Assembly (NCBI GenBank): GCA_041391745.1
Contig: JAWKNK010000002.1
Coordinates: 203,576 to 267,575 of the forward strand
Reading direction: 5' to 3'
Origin: Flavobacteriales bacterium
GTDB taxonomy: Bacteria > Bacteroidota > Bacteroidia > Flavobacteriales_D > Sanyastnellaceae
Length of the DNA: 64,000 bases
The position numbers were made by a program, and so were the translations under genes. Below the pieces are notes generated by a model. The model did no database searches, had not been told where the DNA came from, and saw only the letters and a program-made list of their open reading frames with translations. Within the stretch, counting starts at the first letter, position 1, and every line of letters begins with the position of its first letter. Below are positions 9,443-16,558 of this stretch, piece by piece.

Positions 9443-10910
9443 TGCTTGCAGGAGGTCCTTGAGGTTTTGGTCCTTTATTGTTTCGCGGTCCGCGGTTTCT
9501 ATTGTTTCTGTTCTTGTTAGGTCTTGGTGCACCTTGATTTGGATTTCCGCCTTCTTGATTTTGTGCAGGGGCTTGATCCGGTTTGCCTTGCGGATTATTT
9601 TGAGGTTTGTTTTGAGGACGGTTTTGTTTGTTTTGAGGCTTGTTCGGGTTGTCTTGGTTTCCTTCCTTCTGTCTTTGAGGTTGAGGACCGCCTTGTTTTC
9701 TTGGCCCGTCGTTTCTTTTATTTTCGGGACGGTTGCCGCCAGCAGGACGATTTGGATTCTCGCCTCTATTGTTGTTGTTGCCTCTTCCTCTAGGCTTATT
9801 GCGGCTTTGCTTTCTGCGCTTTTGATCAAAGCGGGTAAGAGAATCCTGACCCACTACTTGAGCGAAATCTGTTTCTTCGATTACCTCTTCTACATCCTCC
9901 ATGAAGTCTTCTACATCTTCGATCTTGATTCCCTTTTTGTTCATCTCAATAATCTCACGAACAGCGTCAACCGACAAAGGGAAAATGGCTTCGCCAGGTT
10001 GGCCTTCATACATGTAGTAGAGCGTTCGTTTGAAAATATCTGTTTTGAAATGAACAGCGGTTCCTTTAGGAAGGTGCAATTTCACAGTGGTACTTGGAAT
10101 ATCCTTTAAGGCTTCTGCGTATTGATCCAATTCATAGTTGAGGCAGCACTTGAGCTTTCCACATTGACCTGCCAGTTTTGACGGATTAAGAGAAAGTTGT
10201 TGGTAGCGCGCTGCGCTTGTAGATACTGCTCTGAAATCGGTGAGCCAACTTGAGCAGCACAATTCGCGACCGCAGGAACCGATACCGCCGAGTCGACCCG
10301 CTTCAACGCGATAGCCAATTTGACGCATTTCGATGCGCACTTTAAAAGATTCAGCGTATTTCTTAATCAACTCACGGAAATCGACGCGATCGTCGGCCGT
10401 GTAGAAGAACGTGGCTTTTGACTTGTCGCCTTGGTATTCTACATCGCTGATTTTCATAGAAAGGTTGAGTTCACGCGCCATGGTACGCGCGCGCATCATG
10501 GTGTCTTGTTCAGACTTGCGCGCTTCTTGCCATTTCTCGATATCCTCTTCTTTTGCCTTTCTGTAGATCTTCTTGATTTCGTAGTTGTCTTTGATGTCCT
10601 TATGCTTCATTTGCATGCGCACGAGTTCACCTGTGATAGAGACCACACCGATATCATGACCTGGAGAGGCTTCCACGGCGACAACGTCGCCTGGGAATAG
10701 TTCTATGTTGCTAGCGTTTCTGTAAAATCCTTTTCTGCTATTTTTAAATCTAACTTCAACAATATCAAAAGGCTTTTGGCCTAGCGGAAGTTCCATTCCT
10801 GCTAGCCAGTCGAATACGTCTAATTTATTGCAGCCATAGGTACCGCAAGCACCGTTATTTTTACATCCACCAGGCAGTCCGCCGTTGGTGGAACAACTTT
10901 TACATCCCAT
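9435..10910 (-). CDS. PSP1 C-terminal-domain protein (RicT/YaaT-like) with a Cys-rich N-terminus and a long N/P/Q/K/R-rich disordered tail
   Basis: MGCKSCSTNGGLPGGCKNNGACGTYGCNKLDV... then the PSP1 core ...FFYTADDRVDFRELIKKYAESFKVRIEMRQIG...GSCGRELCCSSWL...CGKLKCCLNYE. The tail of about 130 aa is low complexity (NKPQNKQNRPQNKPQ...). Gene order is PSP1-gldH-holB on the - strand. Confidence 0.8.
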   Translation of the reverse strand: MGCKSCSTNGGLPGGCKNNGACGTYGCNKLDVFDWLAGMELPLGQKPFDIVEVRFKNSRKGFYRNASNIELFPGDVVAVEASPGHDIGVVSITGELVRMQMKHKDIKDNYEIKKIYRKAKEEDIEKWQEARKSEQDTMMRARTMARELNLSMKISDVEYQGDKSKATFFYTADDRVDFRELIKKYAESFKVRIEMRQIGYRVEAGRLGGIGSCGRELCCSSWLTDFRAVSTSAARYQQLSLNPSKLAGQCGKLKCCLNYELDQYAEALKDIPSTTVKLHLPKGTAVHFKTDIFKRTLYYMYEGQPGEAIFPLSVDAVREIIEMNKKGIKIEDVEDFMEDVEEVIEETDFAQVVGQDSLTRFDQKRRKQSRNKPRGRGNNNNRGENPNRPAGGNRPENKRNDGPRKQGGPQPQRQKEGNQDNPNKPQNKQNRPQNKPQNNPQGKPDQAPAQNQEGGNPNQGAPRPNKNRNNRNRGPRNNKGPKPQGPPASNE

Positions 10911-10957
10911 ACATTCAGTACATTTCGTTCAACACAAGGGTCAAATATAAGGAGAAA

Positions 10958-11335
10958 GGGGACACCTTGCCTCCTCATGATATAGGTTGACAGGGATCGA
11001 GGGGACAATGATTCAAGGATTCGAGGATTCAAGAAACAAGAATTCGAGGATTCAAGGATTCGAGAGGACACCTGTCCCAGGCTCGTCTTGGGAAGGATTT
11101 GGGGGGACAAGAGAGTTTGAAGGTGTGGGAGTGTGAGAGGGATCGTTTTGCAAAACGTGACCCTTCGCTTTGATTTCTTTTTCATGCTTCGCATTTAAAG
11201 AAATCGACGCTCAGGGACCGGGGCTCGAGGAGTAGAATTTGGCGGAGCAGCAAAACTTTGTTTTGCTGCTCCGCGACCATCTTTAGTGCTGCACACGGGC
11301 CCTCGAGCGTAGCGAGAGGTGTTCAGGCTTAGTGC
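10958..11335. repeat. Mosaic intergenic repeat element, copy A: GGATTCRA 8-mer tandems, a conserved two-hairpin core, GTG-rich tracts and a 14-bp perfect hairpin
   Basis: (GGATTCAA/GGATTCGA)n runs at ~11000-11065. The core GGACACCTGTCCCAGGCTCGTCTTGGGAAGGATT (11066-11099) is shared with 25639-25672. GAGTGTGGGAGTGTGAGAGGG follows. The segment ...CTCAGGGACCG... is the reverse complement of 25866-25876. A hairpin GCGGAGCAGCAAAA-cttg-TTTTGCTGCTCCGC lies at 11242-11274. Confidence 0.55.
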
Positions 11336-11845
11336 TTATGAAGTCCAGTGGCGGTGAGGGTCATTGCATAATTCTTTAATTGCGATTGAGCCTGCACTTT
11401 GAAGCTCATTTGCACTACTCCACCGTGGCGATGCACTTGAGCTCGATGGCGATGGGGTGGGTAGAGAGTTGATCTCCACCGTGGTGCGACATGGCTGTGC
11501 ATCTTTGAAATACTCAGCATAAAGCCTGTTGTAGGTATGAAAGTCACGTTTCATATTCACAAGGAAAACAGTAACATCTACCAAGTTTTCCCATTTGCTT
11601 CCGCTTGCTTCTAGAATAGCTTTCACATTTTGAAAAACGCTGCGGCATTGCGCTTCGAAATCAAATTCCACAAAATTGCCGTTTTTATCCAAAACCAACC
11701 CTGGCACTCCACTATCTGTGGCATCACTACCTGCAACTCGAGGTCCAACACCTGACAAGAACAACAAATTGCCAACACGACGAGCGTGTGGGTATAATCC
11801 AACTGGTTTTGGGGCTTTATCTGTAGAAATTTTCGATTCGCTCAT
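11336..11845 (-). CDS. ridA: RidA/YjgF-family enamine/imine deaminase, with an apparent -1 frameshift in a CCCC run about 30 codons from the end
   Basis: RidA motifs are present: ...PVGLYPHARRVGNLLFLSG...RTTVEINSLPTP. The canonical C-terminus PIAIELKCIATVE* sits in the adjacent frame, ending around 11410. It would be restored if cccacccca were cccaccccca. As sequenced, the ORF reads on into an S/P-rich tail, giving 169 aa. Confidence 0.7.
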   Translation of the reverse strand: MSESKISTDKAPKPVGLYPHARRVGNLLFLSGVGPRVAGSDATDSGVPGLVLDKNGNFVEFDFEAQCRSVFQNVKAILEASGSKWENLVDVTVFLVNMKRDFHTYNRLYAEYFKDAQPCRTTVEINSLPTPSPSSSSASPRWSSANELQSAGSIAIKELCNDPHRHWTS

Positions 11846-11848
11846 AAC

Positions 11849-13255
11849 TTATAATTTATACAAAGGTAAACTGTCGATGGTGCCATCGTGCCATTTTATT
11901 TCCATGTTATATGTACCTGGAAAAAGCATGTTTACAAAAATCTGATACACACTTTCTTCATTGGCTAACTCTTGTTTCACCAATTTGCCCGTGTTATTAT
12001 AGATTTTTATTTCACTAATTAATTTACCGTTCGGTGCTGTAATTGTCGTACTCTCATATGTTGGATTAGGCGACACATCAAATGCCTTCGCTAATGATTC
12101 TTCTGTCTCCACGCAGTCATTCAGCCATCGATATGCCCGCGGAAATTCCTCTGCCCAAAACGCTTCACTATGCGACCCTTCGGGCCAATCCATCATGAAT
12201 AGTTGGTTTTCTTGATATCCAATGTCTACCAACAAGTTGTTCATTTTAATCATATCCTGAAGAACCTCACCTCTTCCCTCATTCGTGCCGCAAGCATAAT
12301 AAATCTTAGTATCCACCTTCGGCATGCTGTTCGCAACCATTTTTTCTAGCTCGGGATCCGCCCAATATGCTGGCGATAAGACCATAGCTTTGGAGAACAC
12401 ATCAGGATATTTGATCACTGCTGCCAAGGCCATATTCGCACCCAATGAAGATCCGCCAATACTCGTATTCTTCCGATCCTTTAAGGTGCGAAAATTATAA
12501 TCGATAACCGACTTCAAATTCTTGGTGATGAACTCGAGAATTTCATTTCCTTGCGGTATGTTATGAAGAGAATCGTTGACTCCAAAAGTGTATTCATTCA
12601 ATCGATCATTTCCGCCATTGTCAATACCAACTATGATACTTTTTTGGCATCCTTTCAGCGATGACATCGTTTCGTCAATTTTCCATTCGCCAGCAAACGA
12701 TGTAAATCGATCAAACAAATTCTGACCATCAAGCATATACACTACTGGGTAGTTGACACCACTCACCTGATATTCTTCAGGAAGGTAAACCCAAACTCGT
12801 CTTCGTTTTTTCAACTGAGGAATGAGCATGTCATTATCCAAAATGAGCACTTGTTCATTCATCGTTGTATTAATTGGAATATCCAGCCACTCCGCGACTG
12901 ATATCCCAAAAATACTCCCGTTTTGAATCAATACCTGATGGGTCATCGGTTCGTTCGTCTCGGCATTTCGTTCTGCCGACGCGTCAGATCCACGGTGTAC
13001 TTTTAATGTACACGTCATCCCTTCTGGTTCATCTTCGATTAAAAAATAATAGTGATCATCCTTTTTACGCATTGTTCTTGTAACCGCTTTGCTTGTATCA
13101 TCATCCAACTTATAGGTAACATAAAGCAAATCCAACATTGGCGTATTCTGCGGAACGGACTCCAAGAAAATTGAAGTCTGTGCGCTAGTGCTAAATACAT
13201 TTAAAATCAGGTATGAGCAAATTACCACATACCGAATGATCATTCGGTTTTTCAT
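11849..13255 (-). CDS. Secreted alpha/beta-hydrolase (esterase-family fold) with a type-A T9SS C-terminal sorting domain
   Basis: Signal peptide present. Esterase core ...PVVYMLDGQNLFD...IGGSSLGANMALAAVIKYPDVFSKAMVLSPAYW. C-terminal ~80 aa ...VSPNPTYESTTITAPNGKLISEIKIYNNTGKLVKQ...GTYNMEIKWHDG is typical of a T9SS sorting domain. Confidence 0.75.
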   Translation of the reverse strand: MKNRMIIRYVVICSYLILNVFSTSAQTSIFLESVPQNTPMLDLLYVTYKLDDDTSKAVTRTMRKKDDHYYFLIEDEPEGMTCTLKVHRGSDASAERNAETNEPMTHQVLIQNGSIFGISVAEWLDIPINTTMNEQVLILDNDMLIPQLKKRRRVWVYLPEEYQVSGVNYPVVYMLDGQNLFDRFTSFAGEWKIDETMSSLKGCQKSIIVGIDNGGNDRLNEYTFGVNDSLHNIPQGNEILEFITKNLKSVIDYNFRTLKDRKNTSIGGSSLGANMALAAVIKYPDVFSKAMVLSPAYWADPELEKMVANSMPKVDTKIYYACGTNEGRGEVLQDMIKMNNLLVDIGYQENQLFMMDWPEGSHSEAFWAEEFPRAYRWLNDCVETEESLAKAFDVSPNPTYESTTITAPNGKLISEIKIYNNTGKLVKQELANEESVYQIFVNMLFPGTYNMEIKWHDGTIDSLPLYKL

Positions 13256-16005
13256 TAATGAATTATTTTACCTGTTTTAGTAAGGTTTCCAACACTTAGT
13301 TTATAGATATAAGTTCCTTTCGGCAAATCACTTCCCACCTGCCAGCGAATTTTCTGATCGCCAGCAGTTGCATTTTTCACTGACTTATTCCAAACTTTTT
13401 TACCTGAAATATCATAAACCTCTAGGATAATATTCTCCTGATTACGCGTCTTGAAAGCCCACTGTACCACATCACTAAATGGATTTGGATAAACAGTAAT
13501 ATCACTTTTCAAAACGGCCAACTCATTTACATTCGCCGCTTCTACAGGCTCCACCGATGCTGTATAAATTCCGTTACCGTGTGTGGCTATAGCGATGGTT
13601 CCATCATATGGACGAGCCTTCACCATATTGATCACCACATTTCCAATGGTCTCTGCACCCTCCATTTCCCAAACCGTGTTGTCGCCATCCAGCAATGAAG
13701 TGCTGTACAAACCTGCGCTGGTTCCTGCGAAATAAACTACCGGATCACTTGGATACATTTCTACCCAATACACCGCAGGACCATTTCCAGTTCCGTCAGG
13801 GTTCTCTTCCAAATTACCACTGACATTCTCCCAGGTTTCACCTTTATCAGAACTATGGAAAATGCTTTGAACATTGTAGTTGGAGAAGCTTACCATCACC
13901 TCTTCAACGTTCAAGTCATTGGCTACTATACATGAAGTGTAAGCACCAGTTGGGAATAAATCTGACGTCAAATCAAATCGTGTAGGATTGGTATAAGTGG
14001 TGTCCAATCGATATACATATCCATTTGATGTTCCGTAATAAATGACATCATGATCTATTGGTGCCATGTCTAGCGTAGTGATCGCTCCAACAGATGTTGG
14101 CACTAAACTTTCCGATATATTGTCCCAATATTCATTGGGGAGTTTATTGATATAATTACCTGTAACAGGAATGTCGTTCACATTTGCAAGGTGGCGTATG
14201 GCTCTGTTTCCAGCTATAAAAACATCATTGTGCGTGAAAGGATCCAAAATAAATGGATTGATAAACAAATACTGTGGACCGCTTTGCTGATCAATTCGTT
14301 CTGTACTTAAAAGGTTTCCTTGCTCGTCAATCGTCTTTTTATACATTCTTCCCAATTGCGAGCTCGTGATGATGAAATTTCGTCCTTGAGGAAGCGCACA
14401 AAAAGCACCATCGTCAGCATGCACTTCTTTCCAAGTTTCTTGGTTGTTTGAATTATCTGTAATCCATGTTCCATTGTCTTGCATGCCACCGAATACATAT
14501 TCGGTTTCTGCATAACCTTGCTCCATAGCCACCGTGTAGAATTGAGTTGTAACGTAGCCATTATTCAATGGAGTCCAAAATACAGAATCTGCGAGCGCAT
14601 CATCAGTTCTATAAACACCGCCGTCATTAGCACTAAACATCACCCCCGGGTTGGCTTGACTAAACAGCATCAAATGCTGATCGCTATGGTGATTAGGATA
14701 GCTGTAATTCAAAGGGTTTTCGATGTTGCAACGGTATCCTCCAATCCAGTCTTGATCATCTTGCTCAAATCTTGAGAAACTTCTATGAATATTCACGCCA
14801 CCAATAAAAAGAATGTCTTCTGTTGGGTGGTGAGCGATGCAAAGGTCATAGCTGTTTTGCGAACGGAAGGTTCCAAAATCGAACGTAGTGCCGATTTCCA
14901 ATTCACAAGGATCATCAGGCAAGTTGGCCGACAAGTCGTACCAAACGCCTCCGCCCCCTGTTCCATTACCAGAAAGATATTCGTATCGATATAAAATGTG
15001 ATTGATATCGTTTGCACCATTAGACATTTCTCCAATGAGGTACATTTTAGAATGATCTTGAGGATCGAAACACATCATACATCGTTGTTGATCATACCAT
15101 GCATCAGGAGTAATTTCTGTCCATTCCAATCCGTCATCAGATCTGAAAACACCGCCTTGATTCGCTCCATTGGCAAAAGAAAGCGACGCGTAAACAACTC
15201 CATCATCTGCTACGACCACATCAACATATCTTGAACCTCCTGGGCCAAAACCTAAGACTTGTTCCCAAGAATCCCCTCCATCAGTGCTTCGAATAATTCC
15301 ATTATATACAGCGGCATAAACCTCATCTTCTGTTTCATTTGATGGGTCGATTGCCATTTTTTGTACAAAATCGTAAGAACCGCTTTGTAAAATATTTTGC
15401 GGCGTGTTGCTCGATGTTGATAGTAATGGTGACCATGTCAATCCATTGTCTGTACTCTTATAGACTCCATCCCCACTAAACAAAGAAGTAAAAGACGTAC
15501 CGCTAACAACGCCATAAAATTCTTCACCACTTCCGAAATACCAAGTATCTTGATGACCTTCTCTTGTATCTTGAATGATACATGCCACGCTGTGCATTTG
15601 ATTTGGCGCAGTTGTTTTCGCCCAGGTTTGACCACCGTTTGTGGTGCGCCAAACGCCGCCCGAAACACTTCCCGCAAGCATGATGTTTTCATTTCTAACA
15701 TCATAAGCCAAACTTCTGGTTCGTCCACCTTTATTGAAAGGGCCTCGTGAGGTCCAACTTAAAGAACGATCACTTGAGCGTCTAGGTAATCTTGAGGCAA
15801 ATTCTGCCACAGCACTTTTCATGTGAATTGGAATTTCACCAGTAGCCGGATCCTTCAAACGAGAGTATTCATAGAACTTCCTACTTCCTGGATTCACTCC
15901 AAATCCTTCTTGCTGAGGAGCGGCAGGAGTAACAGGACTTGATTGATTGCATGCTGCAAGACAAGTCACTACAGCAACGAAAAACAAATTGGTCAAGGTT
16001 TTCAT
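13255..16005 (-). CDS. BNR/Asp-box-repeat beta-propeller lipoprotein with a T9SS C-terminal sorting domain
   Basis: Lipobox LAACNQ. Repeated SxDxGxTW motifs (TTNGGQTW, STDNGLTW, STDGGDSW, SDDGLEW, SSDKGETW). C-terminal ...ITVYPNPFSDVVQWAFKTRNQENIILEVYDISGKKV...GTYIYKLSV is a sorting-domain pattern. Confidence 0.7.
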   Translation of the reverse strand: MKTLTNLFFVAVVTCLAACNQSSPVTPAAPQQEGFGVNPGSRKFYEYSRLKDPATGEIPIHMKSAVAEFASRLPRRSSDRSLSWTSRGPFNKGGRTRSLAYDVRNENIMLAGSVSGGVWRTTNGGQTWAKTTAPNQMHSVACIIQDTREGHQDTWYFGSGEEFYGVVSGTSFTSLFSGDGVYKSTDNGLTWSPLLSTSSNTPQNILQSGSYDFVQKMAIDPSNETEDEVYAAVYNGIIRSTDGGDSWEQVLGFGPGGSRYVDVVVADDGVVYASLSFANGANQGGVFRSDDGLEWTEITPDAWYDQQRCMMCFDPQDHSKMYLIGEMSNGANDINHILYRYEYLSGNGTGGGGVWYDLSANLPDDPCELEIGTTFDFGTFRSQNSYDLCIAHHPTEDILFIGGVNIHRSFSRFEQDDQDWIGGYRCNIENPLNYSYPNHHSDQHLMLFSQANPGVMFSANDGGVYRTDDALADSVFWTPLNNGYVTTQFYTVAMEQGYAETEYVFGGMQDNGTWITDNSNNQETWKEVHADDGAFCALPQGRNFIITSSQLGRMYKKTIDEQGNLLSTERIDQQSGPQYLFINPFILDPFTHNDVFIAGNRAIRHLANVNDIPVTGNYINKLPNEYWDNISESLVPTSVGAITTLDMAPIDHDVIYYGTSNGYVYRLDTTYTNPTRFDLTSDLFPTGAYTSCIVANDLNVEEVMVSFSNYNVQSIFHSSDKGETWENVSGNLEENPDGTGNGPAVYWVEMYPSDPVVYFAGTSAGLYSTSLLDGDNTVWEMEGAETIGNVVINMVKARPYDGTIAIATHGNGIYTASVEPVEAANVNELAVLKSDITVYPNPFSDVVQWAFKTRNQENIILEVYDISGKKVWNKSVKNATAGDQKIRWQVGSDLPKGTYIYKLSVGNLTKTGKIIH

Positions 16006-16227
16006 AGCTCAAATATAATCCAAGTCCGGTTAAACAGAGAACCTCCTTGTTCGGCACTATTTTATTCCCATTTAGAATAAAGAATTAGAATAGAATGAAA
16101 ACTACCTTCACCTTTGATAAAAATTCACGCTATGAAAACATAAATTCTCTCGATAGTATAAGTATATAATTTACTTTTTTCTTGTAAAAATGATACAGAA
16201 TTAAATGCCGACAATACGACATCAATT

Positions 16228-16542
16228 TTGCTTGATGGCAATTGGAAAATCACCAATTACATCGATAGCGGCGAAAATGAAACGTATAAATTCAATGGAC
16301 ATACATTCGATTTTGCAAATGGTGGATCAGTGAGTGTTTCTACTGGAAGCGGCACCGTTCAAGGGTCTTGGTCCACAGGAGAAGACGACTCTCACGTAAA
16401 ACTTTACCTGAGCTTTTCTTCTCTTCCACACGAAGACATCAGCGACGATTGGCATGTAGTATCACAAACCAGTTCAAAAATTGAATTGGAAGACATTAGC
16501 GGAGGAAACGGAGGAGCAGATTACCTCACCTTCGAAAGATAA
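16228..16542 (+). CDS. Small hypothetical protein (Gly/Ser-rich beta-type domain). It has no ATG start. A lipobox remnant ..LLFSC lies upstream in the same frame.
   Basis: The frame is open from 16162 (VYNLLFSCKNDTELNADNTTSILLDGNWK...) but has no ATG. The track starts it at TTG 16228. The gene may be 5'-truncated or degenerate. Confidence 0.3.
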   Translation: MLDGNWKITNYIDSGENETYKFNGHTFDFANGGSVSVSTGSGTVQGSWSTGEDDSHVKLYLSFSSLPHEDISDDWHVVSQTSSKIELEDISGGNGGADYLTFER

Positions 16543-16558
16543 CCTGCTTATTTAAATA

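Noticed and set aside
8969-9829. 286-aa ORF overlapping PSP1 in another frame
   Set aside because: The region upstream of the Met at 9442 is open only because the low-complexity PSP1 tail lacks stops. The real gene is the 158-aa GldH that starts at the lipoprotein signal.
9285-10109. 274-aa + strand ORF antisense to gldH/PSP1
   Set aside because: It is an artefact of the stop-poor low-complexity region. It reads as arginine/leucine-rich nonsense.
10990-11070. CRISPR array as the origin of the tandem short repeats (also 25580-25640, 25772-25815 and 59221-59580)
   Set aside because: The units are 8-9 nt and directly abutting. There are no 25-40-nt unique spacers and no cas genes in the window.
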